A stretch of DNA of 64,000 nucleotides from an uncultured Candidatus Entotheonella sp. (GTDB taxonomy: Bacteria > Tectomicrobia > Entotheonellia > Entotheonellales > Entotheonellaceae), in assembly GCA_965217185.1 (NCBI GenBank), contig OZ244252.1, forward strand, positions 2,400,001-2,464,000. The letters run 5' to 3'. Positions 52,441-64,000 of this stretch are shown here, piece by piece (the stretch's first letter is position 1; each line of letters opens with the position of its first letter). The notes beneath the pieces are model-generated. The model saw only the letters and a list, made by a program, of their open reading frames with translations. It did no database searches and was not told where the DNA came from. The position numbers and the translations under genes were made by a program.

Positions 52441-54738
52441 ATGGCAAAATCCCTGATTATTGTTGAATCTCCGGCGAAAGCGCGGACGATCCAGAAATAT
52501 CTGGGTCCAGACTATACGGTGAAGGCCTCGGTGGGCCACGTGAAGGATCTGCCCAAGCGGCGTCTGGGCATCGATACGGCGCGCAATTTCACCCCGGAGT
52601 ACGTCACCATTCAGGGTAAGAAACAGGTGTTGCAGGAACTGCGGTCGGAGGCCAAAAAGGCGTCCCAAGTGTTCCTGGCGCCGGACCCGGACCGCGAAGG
52701 CGAGGCGATTGCCTGGCACATTGCCAGTGAGCTGAATCAAACGTCTCCGGACCAGGTGTACCGCGTGCTGTTGAACGAGATCACCCGCAAGGGCGTGTCC
52801 GAGGCGTTGCAAAATCCCGGGCGCATCGACGAGCACAAGGTGTCGGCGCAGCAGGCGCGCCGTCTGCTCGACCGGCTGGTCGGCTACAAAATCAGCCCGC
52901 TGTTGTGGCAGAACGTTCAGGGCGGCTTGAGCGCCGGACGGGTACAGTCGGTGGCGCTGCGCATCATCTGCGACCGTGAACAGGCCATCAAGGTGTTCGT
53001 GCCGCGCGAATACTGGAGTATCAACGCCACCATGGCGGCGGATCCGGAGAAGCCGTTCAAGGCTTATCTACACGCCATCGAGGGCAAGAAGGCCAACATC
53101 CCCACCGGGGAGGAGGCCGAGCGCATCCTGGCCGACCTGCGTGGTGCGAAATACACGGTCGCCAAGGTCCAAAAGACGGCCCGGCGGCGCCAGCCCGCCC
53201 CGCCGTTTACCACCAGCACCCTGCAGCAGGAGGCGGTTCGCAAGTTGCGCTTCACCGCCCAGCGCACCATGCGGGTGGCGCAGCGGCTCTACGAGGGCCT
53301 GCCCATCGGCGACGACGGCGAGACCGGCCTGATCACCTACATGCGGACCGATTCGACGCGGCTGGCTGATGACGCTGTGCAGGAAACGCAAGCCTACATC
53401 GCCGAGCATTACGGTAAGGATTACGTGGCGGCCAAGCCTCGCAAGCACCGCCAGCAAAAGGGAGCGCAGGAGGCGCACGAGGCGATCCGGCCCACGTCGG
53501 TGCTGCGTTCGCCGGACAGCCTCAAGCCGCACCTGCCCCCCGAGCAGCTTGCCCTTTACAGGCTGATCTGGAACCGGTTGGTGGCCAGCCAGATGAGCGC
53601 CGCGGTCATCGACCAGACGCGGGTTGACGTGGAAGCGGCGCCGTATTCGTTCCGCGCCACCGGCGCAGTGATGCGCTTCGCGGGCTTCACGGTGCTGTAC
53701 GAGGAATCGCAGCCCGATACCGCCGCCAATGAGGTCGACGGCCAAAACCCGACGCTGCCGCCGCTGCAGGAAGGCCAGCAGGTGGAGGCCCGCGAGTTGG
53801 TGCCCAATCAGCATTTCACGCAGCCGCCGCCGCGTTACACCGAGGCTTCTCTGGTCAGCGAGCTGGAAAAACTCGGCATCGGGCGGCCTAGCACCTACGC
53901 TTCCATCCTCAGTACGCTGCGCGATCGGCAGTACGTGGCGGACCAGGAGCGCAAGCTCGTGCCCACCGAACTCGGCATCACCATCACCGGCCTGCTGGTC
54001 GAGAATTTCCCCGACTTGTTGAACGTGCAGTTCACCGCTCAGTTGGAGGACAAGCTCGATCAGATCGAAGCGGGTCGGCACGACTGGGTGGACACCTTGC
54101 ACGACTTCTACAAATCCTTCGAGGTGGATTTGCAGCGCGCCACGCAGAAGATGCGCGGCATCAAGAAGGAGGTCGAAGAGACCGACGAAGTGTGCGACAA
54201 ATGCGGCAGCGGCATGGTGATCCGCTGGGGACGGTTTGGGCGTTTCATGGCTTGCTCGGCCTATCCGAAGTGCAAGAACACCGCCGAACTGCCGTCGTCC
54301 ACGAACGGCGCCGCACAGAACACCCAACAGCCACAAACCGAGACGTTGTGCGACACCTGCGGCAAACCGATGGCGGTGCGGCGGGGACGATTCGGGGAGT
54401 TTCTGGCGTGCACCGGCTATCCCGAATGCAAGACGACACGCCCGCTCGGGGGGGTGGTCATGGATTGTCCCGAGGACGGCTGCGGCGGCGTTATCGTGCA
54501 GCGGCGTACGCGGCGCGGGCGCATTTTCTTCGGCTGTAATAATTATCCGAAATGTACGTTCACCACTTGGCAGCGTCCGGTGCCGCAGCCCTGTGCGCAG
54601 TGTGCCGCGCCGTATCTCCTGGAAAAGCGTACCAAGAAGGGGGTCACCCTACGCTGCCCCACGTGCGCTACCGAAACAGCGCCCGAAGAATCTGCGGCGT
54701 CCCCGGATGCGGCAGAACCGCAAGCAGTTTCGCCATGA
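52441..54738 (+). CDS. topA: DNA topoisomerase I
   Basis: IVESPAK, DPDREGE, SAGRVQ, ITYMRTD, AHEAIRP, C-terminal Zn ribbons. Confidence 0.97.
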   Translation: MAKSLIIVESPAKARTIQKYLGPDYTVKASVGHVKDLPKRRLGIDTARNFTPEYVTIQGKKQVLQELRSEAKKASQVFLAPDPDREGEAIAWHIASELNQTSPDQVYRVLLNEITRKGVSEALQNPGRIDEHKVSAQQARRLLDRLVGYKISPLLWQNVQGGLSAGRVQSVALRIICDREQAIKVFVPREYWSINATMAADPEKPFKAYLHAIEGKKANIPTGEEAERILADLRGAKYTVAKVQKTARRRQPAPPFTTSTLQQEAVRKLRFTAQRTMRVAQRLYEGLPIGDDGETGLITYMRTDSTRLADDAVQETQAYIAEHYGKDYVAAKPRKHRQQKGAQEAHEAIRPTSVLRSPDSLKPHLPPEQLALYRLIWNRLVASQMSAAVIDQTRVDVEAAPYSFRATGAVMRFAGFTVLYEESQPDTAANEVDGQNPTLPPLQEGQQVEARELVPNQHFTQPPPRYTEASLVSELEKLGIGRPSTYASILSTLRDRQYVADQERKLVPTELGITITGLLVENFPDLLNVQFTAQLEDKLDQIEAGRHDWVDTLHDFYKSFEVDLQRATQKMRGIKKEVEETDEVCDKCGSGMVIRWGRFGRFMACSAYPKCKNTAELPSSTNGAAQNTQQPQTETLCDTCGKPMAVRRGRFGEFLACTGYPECKTTRPLGGVVMDCPEDGCGGVIVQRRTRRGRIFFGCNNYPKCTFTTWQRPVPQPCAQCAAPYLLEKRTKKGVTLRCPTCATETAPEESAASPDAAEPQAVSP

Positions 54739-56048
54739 ATGCCCGCCCCATTACGGTGATTGGCGGCGGTTTGGCCGGTACCGAGGCGGCTTTCCAGATC
54801 GCCAGCCGCGGGGTGCCGGTGCGGCTCTACGAAATGCGCCCCCAAATCCCCACCCACGTGCACCGCTCCGACCTCCTCGGCGAGTTGGTGTGCAGCAATT
54901 CCCTCAAGGCGGATACCCTGTCGTCGGCGCACGGCCTGCTGAAAGCCGAGATGCGGCACCTCAACTCGCTGGTGCTGCACGCTGCCGATGCCTGCCGCGT
55001 GCCGGCGGGTTCGGCGCTGGCGGTCGATCGGGAGCAGTTTGCCCGCTATCTCACTGATGCTGTTTGCCGCCATCCCGGCATTTCGCTGGTTCGGGAAGAG
55101 ATGACGGAACTTCCGTTTGACGGTCTTACCATTGTCGCCAGCGGTCCTCTGACCTCGGCGGCACTGACCGCCGACATCCAACGTCGCGTAGGGGCCGAGC
55201 AGTTGTACTTCTACGACGCCCTGTCGCCCATTGTGGCTGCCGATTCGATCGATTACACCAAGACCTTCTTCGCCTCGCGTTACGACCGCGGCGATGGCAA
55301 GGATTACCTCAATTGCGCTTTGGACCGCGTCCTGTATGAGCAGCTATGCGACGCCCTGTGCAATGCCGAGTGCGTGTCATTGCACGAAGTGGAGCGGGAA
55401 TTGTTTTTCGAGGGCTGCCTGCCGGTCGAGGAAATGGCGCGCCGCGGTCCGCAAACCCTGGCCTTCGGGCCGCTCAAACCCGTGGGCCTGACGCCGCCGG
55501 GCCAGTCGCAGTCTCACGCCGTGGTGCAGCTTCGCCTGGAGGACCGCATGCGCAGCGCCTACAACATGGTGGGCTTTCAGACGCGCCTGAAGTACGGCGA
55601 ACAACGCCGCATTTTCCGCATGATTCCCGGCCTGGAGCAGGCGGTGTTTCTGCGCCTGGGTTCGGTGCACCGTAATACCTTCCTGAACGCGCCGCGCCTG
55701 CTGCTGCCGACGCTGCAAACAAAGCGCGACCCGAACCTGCTGTTTGCCGGGCAGATAACCGGAGTTGAAGGGTACGTGGAATCGGCGGCGACCGGCCTGC
55801 TGGCCGGGCTCAACGCGGTGGCCCTGTCCCGCGGCGACGCTCCGCTGGTGCCGCCGGCGACCTCGGCACACGGGGCCTTGGTACACTATATTTCGGGGGC
55901 GTGCCCGGACACCTTTCAGCCGATGAACATCAACTTTGGACTGTTGCCCGCGTTGCAAACCCCGGTGCGCCGCAAGCGGCTGCGGCGCGAGGCCATGATC
56001 GACCGCGCCCTGACGGATTTGCGGGACTGGCAGCAGAAGGTGGCATGA
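54735..56048 (+). CDS. trmFO: FAD-dependent tRNA m5U54 methyltransferase
   Basis: IGGGLAGTEAA, ELVCSNS, FEGCLPVE, GFQT, FAGQITGVEGY. Confidence 0.96.
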   Translation: MNARPITVIGGGLAGTEAAFQIASRGVPVRLYEMRPQIPTHVHRSDLLGELVCSNSLKADTLSSAHGLLKAEMRHLNSLVLHAADACRVPAGSALAVDREQFARYLTDAVCRHPGISLVREEMTELPFDGLTIVASGPLTSAALTADIQRRVGAEQLYFYDALSPIVAADSIDYTKTFFASRYDRGDGKDYLNCALDRVLYEQLCDALCNAECVSLHEVERELFFEGCLPVEEMARRGPQTLAFGPLKPVGLTPPGQSQSHAVVQLRLEDRMRSAYNMVGFQTRLKYGEQRRIFRMIPGLEQAVFLRLGSVHRNTFLNAPRLLLPTLQTKRDPNLLFAGQITGVEGYVESAATGLLAGLNAVALSRGDAPLVPPATSAHGALVHYISGACPDTFQPMNINFGLLPALQTPVRRKRLRREAMIDRALTDLRDWQQKVA

Positions 56049-56052
56049 CGCG

Positions 56053-56994
56053 ATGCAGACCTACCTGAACGCCTTTCAATCCCATCTTGAGGACGAGCGC
56101 CAAGTGTCGCCCCACACCGTGCGCAACTATCTGAGCGACCTGCGGCAGTTCCTGGAGATCGCGGCGGAGGCGAATGGAGAGGGTGCCGCGCTCCTCAGCC
56201 ATCCCGACCAGATCGATGCCGGCATGATTCGTACGTATCTCAAGGTCCTGTATCAGCGGGGTGTCGAGGCAAGGACGTTGGGGCGCAAACTGGCGAGCAT
56301 GCGCAGCTTTCTGCAATTTATGGAGCGCCGCGGGCACGTCAGTAGCAACGTCGCACGTGCGGTTCGTACGCCCAAGGCGCAACGCCCGCTGCCCAATACG
56401 CTGCCGATCGATCATGTGTTCGCGCTGCTCGATACGCCGCAGGAGCCCGACCCCGAAAAGACCGTCCCGTGGATGCGTCAGCGCGATCAGGCCATCCTGG
56501 AGTTGTTCTATGCCAGCGGTGTTCGTGTCAGCGAACTGGCGGCCCTCGACGTGCAGAGCCTCGACCTCGTGGCGGGCGCCATGCGAGTGCTTGGCAAGGG
56601 CAACCGCGAGCGTCAGGTTTTCTTCGGCAAGACCGCTGCGCAGGCCCTGCGGGACTACCTCGAAGCACGCGAGATCAGCGGCCTTGGGCAGTCCGAGCCG
56701 GCGCTTTTTCTCAACCGTCACGGACACCGGCTCAGCACGCGCGGCGTGCAGTTGCTCATCAAAAAGCATTGCCGCCGCACCGGCGTCTCCACGCGCACCA
56801 GCCCGCACACTTTGCGGCACGCCTTCGCCACGCATCTGCTGGACAACGGCGCCGACCTGCGCAGCATCCAGGAACTGCTGGGGCACCAGCAGCTTTCCAC
56901 CACCCAGAAATACACCCATGTCAGCGTCGACCGTATGCTCGACGTGTACGACCAGGCGCATCCGCGCGCTCGGCGGTCACAGGGGAACACATGA
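56053..56994 (+). CDS. xerC: Tyrosine recombinase XerC
   Basis: [38 protein letters not shown]; trmFO-xerC-hslVU context. Confidence 0.93.
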   Translation: MQTYLNAFQSHLEDERQVSPHTVRNYLSDLRQFLEIAAEANGEGAALLSHPDQIDAGMIRTYLKVLYQRGVEARTLGRKLASMRSFLQFMERRGHVSSNVARAVRTPKAQRPLPNTLPIDHVFALLDTPQEPDPEKTVPWMRQRDQAILELFYASGVRVSELAALDVQSLDLVAGAMRVLGKGNRERQVFFGKTAAQALRDYLEAREISGLGQSEPALFLNRHGHRLSTRGVQLLIKKHCRRTGVSTRTSPHTLRHAFATHLLDNGADLRSIQELLGHQQLSTTQKYTHVSVDRMLDVYDQAHPRARRSQGNT

Positions 56995-57518
56995 TCCGCA
57001 GCACGACGATTCTATGTGTGCGCCACAACAGTCAGGTGGCGATGGCGGGCGACGGCCAAGTGAGTTTCAATACGACCGTCATGAAGCACCACGCCCGCAA
57101 AATCCGCAAGGTGCATCGCGATCAGGTGCTGACAGGCTTCGCCGGCGCCGCCGCGGATGCCTTCACGCTGGTGGATCGTTTCGAGACCAAGCTGGAGGAA
57201 TACCAGGGCAGCCTGATCCGCGCCGCCGTGGAACTGGCCAAGGATTGGCGCGCCGACCGCGTTCTGCGGCGCCTGGAGGCGCTGCTCGCGGTGGCGGACC
57301 GGCAGACCTCGTTGATTCTCTCCGGTACAGGCGATATTATTGAGCCCGACGATGGCATTGTTGGCATTGGTTCCGGCGGTTCGTACGCCTTGGCCGCCGC
57401 CCGCGCTTTGCAGCAGCATACGCAACTCAGCGCCCGTGAGATTGCCGAAACGGCCATGCGTATCGCCGCTGACATCTGCATTTACACGAACGACCACATC
57501 AGCGTCGAAGAGCTTTAA
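56991..57518 (+). CDS. hslV: ATP-dependent protease subunit HslV
   Basis: TTILCVR, GDGQV, GFAG..ADA, IGSGG, CIYTN. Confidence 0.97.
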   Translation: MIRSTTILCVRHNSQVAMAGDGQVSFNTTVMKHHARKIRKVHRDQVLTGFAGAAADAFTLVDRFETKLEEYQGSLIRAAVELAKDWRADRVLRRLEALLAVADRQTSLILSGTGDIIEPDDGIVGIGSGGSYALAAARALQQHTQLSAREIAETAMRIAADICIYTNDHISVEEL

Positions 57519-57541
57519 CCCTCCCCTCAGCAGGTTGCCGT

Positions 57542-58900
57542 ATGGGTGCCCTCACTCCGCGAGAGATCGTTCAGGAACTGGATAAATACATCGTTGGGCA
57601 GGACGACGCCAAGCGCGCCGTGGCGATCGCGCTGCGCAACCGCTGGCGACGCCAGCAGTTGGCCCCGGAATTGCGCAACGAGGTAGCGCCGAAGAATATC
57701 ATCATGATTGGCCCCACCGGGGTCGGCAAGACCGAGGTGGCGCGCCGTCTTGCCTCTCTGGCGTACTCTCCTTTCCTCAAGATCGAAGCCTCCAAGTTCA
57801 CCGAGGTCGGCTACGTCGGGCGCGACGTGGAATCGATGATCCGCGACCTCACCGAACTCGGCAAGAACATGGTGCAGCAGGAGGAGATGCAGCGGGTGGA
57901 GGCGAAGGCGGCGGAGAACGCCGAGGAGCGTCTGCTGGATCTGTTGCTGCCGCACCCGCCAAACGCCCCGGATACCGAACCGTCTGGCAATCTCGACGAA
58001 CTCGGTCAGCAGCACTACCAGAAGACACGCGAGAAGTTCCGCCAGTATCTGCGCGACGGCAAGCTCGACGACCGGTTCGTCGAACTGGAGGTGCAGGACG
58101 GCAGCAATCTGCCGATGATCGAGGTGGTGTCCGGCTCCGGGATGGAAGACATGGGCATTCACATCAAGGACATGCTGGGCAACCTGTTCCCGCAGCGCAA
58201 GAAGCGGCGCAAGGCCAAGGTGCCCGACGCCTTCAACATCCTCATGCAGGAAGAAGCACAGCGCCTGGTCGACATGGACGCCGTGGTCAAGGAGGCGGTG
58301 CAGCGCGTGGAGCAGTCCGGCATCATCTTCCTCGACGAGTTGGACAAGATCGCCGGACGTGAGCGCAGCAGCGGCCCGGACGTGTCGCGCGAGGGCGTGC
58401 AGCGCGACCTGCTGCCGATCATCGAGGGCAGCACGGTCAACACGAAATACGGCATGGTCAAGACCGACCACATTCTCTTCATCGCTGCCGGGGCGTTCCA
58501 CGTTTCCAAGCCGTCGGATCTGATCCCCGAATTGCAGGGACGGTTTCCCATCCGGGTCGAGCTGCAGGCTCTGGGAAAGGACGACTTCGTACGCATTCTG
58601 CGCGAGCCCCGCAATGCCCTCCTCAAGCAATACCGGGCGCTGCTCGACACCGAAGGCGTGGAAGTGGTGTTCAGCGACGACGCCATCGAGGAACTCGCCG
58701 CCATCGCCGACCGCGTTAATCAGCAGACCGAAAACATCGGCGCCCGTCGCTTGTACACCGTCCTGGAGCGCCTGCTGGACGACCTCTCCTTCCGTGCCTC
58801 GGACATGACGGAAGCGCAGGTGACCATCGACCGCCAGTACGTCACGGAGCGCCTCGAGGATATCGTCAGCAGCGAAGACATTACCCGCTACATCCTGTAA
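57542..58900 (+). CDS. hslU: ATP-dependent protease ATPase HslU
   Basis: [40 protein letters not shown]. Confidence 0.97.
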   Translation: MGALTPREIVQELDKYIVGQDDAKRAVAIALRNRWRRQQLAPELRNEVAPKNIIMIGPTGVGKTEVARRLASLAYSPFLKIEASKFTEVGYVGRDVESMIRDLTELGKNMVQQEEMQRVEAKAAENAEERLLDLLLPHPPNAPDTEPSGNLDELGQQHYQKTREKFRQYLRDGKLDDRFVELEVQDGSNLPMIEVVSGSGMEDMGIHIKDMLGNLFPQRKKRRKAKVPDAFNILMQEEAQRLVDMDAVVKEAVQRVEQSGIIFLDELDKIAGRERSSGPDVSREGVQRDLLPIIEGSTVNTKYGMVKTDHILFIAAGAFHVSKPSDLIPELQGRFPIRVELQALGKDDFVRILREPRNALLKQYRALLDTEGVEVVFSDDAIEELAAIADRVNQQTENIGARRLYTVLERLLDDLSFRASDMTEAQVTIDRQYVTERLEDIVSSEDITRYIL

Positions 58901-58931
58901 AGCCGTGCCGTTGCGCGAGGAGTCCTTGGTC

Positions 58932-59819
58932 ATGCATCCGACTGGCCATATTCAGCAGGCCCATACCCTGATCGAGGCCCTGCCGTACATTCAATTGTTT
59001 GCCAACAAGACCGTCGTGGTGAAATACGGCGGCCACGCCATGACCGACGAAGCATTACGCGATTCCTTTGCGCGCGACATCGTGCTGCTGCAGTGCGTGG
59101 GCATCCACCCGGTCGTCGTGCACGGCGGCGGTCCGCAGATCGACGCCATCATGAAGCGCATGGGCATCTCGGCGCGTTTTGAGGCCGGGCTGCGGGTGAC
59201 CGACGCGGCTACCATGGAGGTGGTTGACATGGTGCTGGGCGGCAAGCTGAACAAGGACATCGTCGCCACCATCAACCTGCACGGCGGCCAGGCGATTGGC
59301 CTGAGCGGCAAGGACGCCAACCTGATCACCGCCACCAAGAAACAGCTGTACCGCTCCGTCTCACCCGGCAGCCCGCCGCAATTGGTCGATATCGGGCTGG
59401 TCGGGGAAGTCACGTCTGTCAACACGTCGATTATCCACACGCTGGAGAATAACGGCTTCATCCCCGTCATCGCGCCGACGGGCGTGGGTGAGAACGGGGA
59501 AAGCTACAACATCAACGCCGACACCGCCGCGGGCGACATCGCCGCAGCCCTGCAAGCCGAGCGGCTGCTGTTTCTGACGGACGTGGAAGGGATTCTGGAC
59601 CGTGACAAGAAGCTGCTGCCGAGCCTCGACCGGCAGACTATCCAGCGGCTGCAGGACGAGGCCGTGATTGAAGGCGGCATGCTGCCCAAGGTGGAGGCGT
59701 GTCTGCGCGGCTTGGACGGCGGGGTCGCCAAGACCCACATCATCGACGGCCGGGTGCCGCACGCGGTGCTTCTGGAACTGTTCACGGACCGCGGCGTGGG
59801 CACGGAGATCGTTCGTTAG
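58932..59819 (+). CDS. argB: Acetylglutamate kinase
   Basis: EALPYI, VVKYGG, VHGGGPQI, NINADTAAG, GGMLPKV. Confidence 0.96.
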   Translation: MHPTGHIQQAHTLIEALPYIQLFANKTVVVKYGGHAMTDEALRDSFARDIVLLQCVGIHPVVVHGGGPQIDAIMKRMGISARFEAGLRVTDAATMEVVDMVLGGKLNKDIVATINLHGGQAIGLSGKDANLITATKKQLYRSVSPGSPPQLVDIGLVGEVTSVNTSIIHTLENNGFIPVIAPTGVGENGESYNINADTAAGDIAAALQAERLLFLTDVEGILDRDKKLLPSLDRQTIQRLQDEAVIEGGMLPKVEACLRGLDGGVAKTHIIDGRVPHAVLLELFTDRGVGTEIVR

Positions 59820-59907
59820 AGCCACTTCGGATCATGCGCCCCCTCACCCCAACCCGGGTAGCAAGCCGTCTTGACCGGAAATTGCCCTATCTACGGCAAA
59901 GGAAAGC

Positions 59908-60845
59908 ATGGTGAAACGCGATTTACTGTCGCTCGCCGACGTGACGCCGGCAGAGATCGACGACCTGCTGTCCTGGGCCATCGATCTCAAGGCGCAGCGA
60001 AAACGCGGCGAATCGACGCCCCTGCTGGCCGGCAAGGCTCTGGCGGTGTATCTGGAAAAGCCGTCGCTGCGCACGCGGGCGTCGTTCGAGGTCGGCATGA
60101 CCCAACTCGGCGGCGCCGTCACCACCCTGCGCAGGGAGGAGGTCGGCCTCGGTGCACGAGAGTCGGCGGGGGACGTCGGCAAGGTGCTGTCGGGATATTA
60201 CGACGCCATTGTAATGCGCACCTTCGAGCACGACGATGTGGCGGAAGTCGCGCGGCACGCCAGCGTGCCGGTCGTCAACGGCCTGACCGACCTGTTGCAC
60301 CCGTGCCAGATTCTCGCCGCCCTGCTGACCCTGCGGGAACATTTCGGCAGCCTGAGCGGCCTGCACGTCGCCTACGTCGGCGACGGCAACAACGTGGCCA
60401 ACTCGTGGCTGTTGGGCGCCGCGCAGATGGGCTTGCGGCTGACCGTCGCGTGCCCGCCCGGTTATGAGCCGAACACCGCCATCCTGGAGCAAGCCGAGGG
60501 TTTGGCGCAGGGAACCGGGGCGGTGCTGGAAGTCGTCGGGGACCCGCGGCAGGGCGTCAGCGGCGCCGACGCGGTGTACACGGACGTGTGGGCCAGCATG
60601 GGGCAGGAAGCTGAAGCCACCCGGCGGGCCGAGGTTTTTCGCCCGTATCAGGTCGGCAAGGAATTGATGGCCGGGGCCGCTTCGCACGCCGTGGCCATGC
60701 ATTGCCTGCCCGCCCATCGCGGCGAGGAAATCACCGCCGAGGTTCTGGAAGGGCCGCGCTCGCTGGTGTTCGAGGAAGCGGAGAACCGCCTGCACGCCCA
60801 AAAGGCCCTGCTGGCATTTCTGGTCAACCCGGAAGGGAGAAACGT

Positions 60846-60849
<4 letters not shown>
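59908..60849 (+). CDS. argF: Ornithine carbamoyltransferase
   Basis: [31 protein letters not shown]. Confidence 0.96.
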
Positions 60850-62066
<1,217 letters not shown>

Positions 62067-62252
62067 CGCAAGGCGTTTTGCGTCGGAGTGAACGGGACCT
62101 CAGATAATCGGGTCAAAGGCTTCCAGCCAATAACGGCTCGGTTTTTCGGGTTGCGGTCGGATGACCGCAAGTTGACACGGTTGGCACATGCGTGTCTTAT
62201 TCGGGAGTCGGGTACTTTCTGAGCACCTATCAACATAAAGGAGGAAAACAGG

Positions 62253-63446
62253 ATGAACAATCAAAGATACGCACAGAGCCTTGTCCTCGTTGTCGCCTGT
62301 TTACTGCTTGCGGCTTCGCTCGTGATGGCGCAGGAATCCGAGAAACCCCCGATCAAGCTCGGCGGGGCGATAGGGGTGAACTATGCCTCCGGGAGTTACG
62401 ATGATACGCCTCGTGGAGAAGGGATCGGCGGTTTTGACCTCGACATTTTCCGCCTCAATGCCGACCTGAATTACCAGAACCTTATCGGGAGGATCGAATA
62501 CCGCTGGTACGCTGGGTATACTGACTACTACGGCACGTATAGCATGTTTCACACCGCATGGCTGGGGTACGACCTGGGCGATGCGGGCACCCTCAAGGCT
62601 GGTCTTGTACGGATTCCCTTCGGACCGACGGCGTATGGCGTCTCCAGCAGTTGGTTCTTTGACCAGCATTTTTATGTCGGGCTGACTGATGACATGGACT
62701 TGGGAGTCAGATGGAGCAGGGCCTATGACAAACTGACGCTCGACGTTGCCTACTACCTGGGAAGCGAACCCCAGACGGAGGGAGACAGTCTGGAGAGTTC
62801 GCGATATGCCTATGATGTGGTCAAGCGGGATAGCGACATACAGGATAACATCGAAAGAGGCTTTGAAGAGCAGCACCAATTCAACCTGCGTGGGATTTAT
62901 GCGCTCGAAGGCGGAACGGAGGTGGGCGCATCGCTGCAGTATGGATTGCTGAAGGGGACAAACATAGGGGGCGATGACAGCGGCGACCACTATGCGCTTT
63001 CGGGACACATGAAAAACGCCCTTGGGAATTTCACTCTCTACTCTCAGTTGACGTATTACGTGCACAACATTACGGACAACACGCCCTGGGGAACCGGCGA
63101 CCTGATTCCCATGGGGGCGTATGACTACGCAGCGCTGGTTGCATCCGAGGGAGTCGTTCCGGCGCTGTCTTTGCGCTATAACGGGGTCGATGCGTCGGGT
63201 GTCGCATGGCTGGAAAGCATAACGCCGTACGTCGAGTGGAGTTCCATCATGAAGCCGGCGGACGGACTCAACGACAGCACGCTGGTAACGGTGGGAGCCG
63301 CTTGGACGGTTGGCGCGCTGTACATAATCAGTGATCTGGCGTATTCCGACGGCAACTACTTTGTGGGTAGTGGTGGAGATTTTGGTACCAACGACAATAA
63401 CGAGTGGGAGTGGCGGCTTAATTTCAATTTTCGCTATTACTTCTGA
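62253..63446 (+). CDS. Putative outer-membrane beta-barrel/porin
   Basis: RBS aaggagg, Sec signal (..VMA|QE), aromatic-rich beta strands, C-terminal LNFNFRYYF. Confidence 0.75.
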   Translation: MNNQRYAQSLVLVVACLLLAASLVMAQESEKPPIKLGGAIGVNYASGSYDDTPRGEGIGGFDLDIFRLNADLNYQNLIGRIEYRWYAGYTDYYGTYSMFHTAWLGYDLGDAGTLKAGLVRIPFGPTAYGVSSSWFFDQHFYVGLTDDMDLGVRWSRAYDKLTLDVAYYLGSEPQTEGDSLESSRYAYDVVKRDSDIQDNIERGFEEQHQFNLRGIYALEGGTEVGASLQYGLLKGTNIGGDDSGDHYALSGHMKNALGNFTLYSQLTYYVHNITDNTPWGTGDLIPMGAYDYAALVASEGVVPALSLRYNGVDASGVAWLESITPYVEWSSIMKPADGLNDSTLVTVGAAWTVGALYIISDLAYSDGNYFVGSGGDFGTNDNNEWEWRLNFNFRYYF

Positions 63447-64000
63447 TCTATCTGACTCGGTACGATTGCCTCAGACGCTGTTGGAGCGGCGCAAGGCAGG
63501 TCGAAGGCCGCGGCCACGCCGGGATGGACAACGTGGCCGTTGATGGTGTTCAGCCCGCGTTGCAGGGCAGGGTTGTCGCGCAGGGCGGCGGCCACGCCCT
63601 TGTTGGCCAGTTCGAGGGCGTACGACAGGGTGACGTTGGTCAGGGCGTAGGTTGAGGTGTGGGGAACGATAGCCGGCATGTTGGTGACGCAGTAATGTAC
63701 CACTTCTTCATCCCGGTAAATCGGGTCGTGGTGCGTGGTCGGACGTGAGGTCTCGGCGCTGCCGCCTTGATCAATCGAGATATCGACAAACGCCGCACCG
63801 GGCCGCATCTCTCTGAACAGGCTGCGGGTGAGAAGCTTTGGCGTACGGGCACCCGGTACCAGGACCGAGCTGACGACCAAGTCGGCCGTAGTCACTTCCT
63901 CTTCGATATTGGCCCGGTTGGACATGACGGTGGTGACGTGGCCGCCGAGGATGTCGTGCACGTAGCGCAACCGCGCCGGGTTCACGTCCAGAATGCTCAC
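63437..64000 (-). CDS. ald: Alanine dehydrogenase, C-terminal part (5' end outside window)
   Basis: VLVPGARTPKL, DISIDQGG..ETS.PTTH, HYCVTNMP, TSTYALTN. Confidence 0.93.
   Translation of the reverse strand: MSILDVNPARLRYVHDILGGHVTTVMSNRANIEEEVTTADLVVSSVLVPGARTPKLLTRSLFREMRPGAAFVDISIDQGGSAETSRPTTHHDPIYRDEEVVHYCVTNMPAIVPHTSTYALTNVTLSYALELANKGVAAALRDNPALQRGLNTINGHVVHPGVAAAFDLPCAAPTASEAIVPSQIDQK

Noticed and set aside
56053..56994. Phage or island integrase
   Set aside because: Sequence and trmFO-xerC-hslVU context fit chromosomal XerC; no att sites or cargo.

Overview
GC-rich bacterial chromosomal window with an intact housekeeping backbone: coaX, aminotransferase, nadD, a PDT-ACT-PDH fusion, tenA, minor pilins, a Lon-like protease, sat-cysC, aguBA, mfd, pilC, aroE, ppiD, dprA-topA-trmFO-xerC-hslVU-argB-argF-argG and ald. 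The gene order suggests a deltaproteobacteria-like or Tectomicrobia-like diderm, which is inference only. Three accessory blocks interrupt the backbone. (1) A ~12 kb decaying type I secretion island (3.7-15.4 kb) holds a tandem array of modular RTX Ca-binding genes, two broken copies of an uncharacterised conserved protein, a prtD/RTX chimeric scar, a MITE-like element and toxin remnants. (2) An intact ABC/AAA ATPase + DUF3226-like (TOPRIM-type) gene pair (20.2-22.0 kb) resembles a PARIS-like anti-phage module. (3) A low-GC type II R-M pair has a frameshift in each gene and a divergent conserved hypothetical gene beside it (43.8-47.2 kb). Smaller features include GTAG-type REP palindromes (two bracket tenA and one supplies its stop codon), an in-frame palindromic heptamer insertion in mfd, a 6x21-bp repeat coiled-coil membrane protein, and an M3-like pseudo-peptidase next to a ubiquitin-like protein. 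No rRNA, tRNA or CRISPR array was recognised. All family assignments come from motif recognition by eye, not from database searches.
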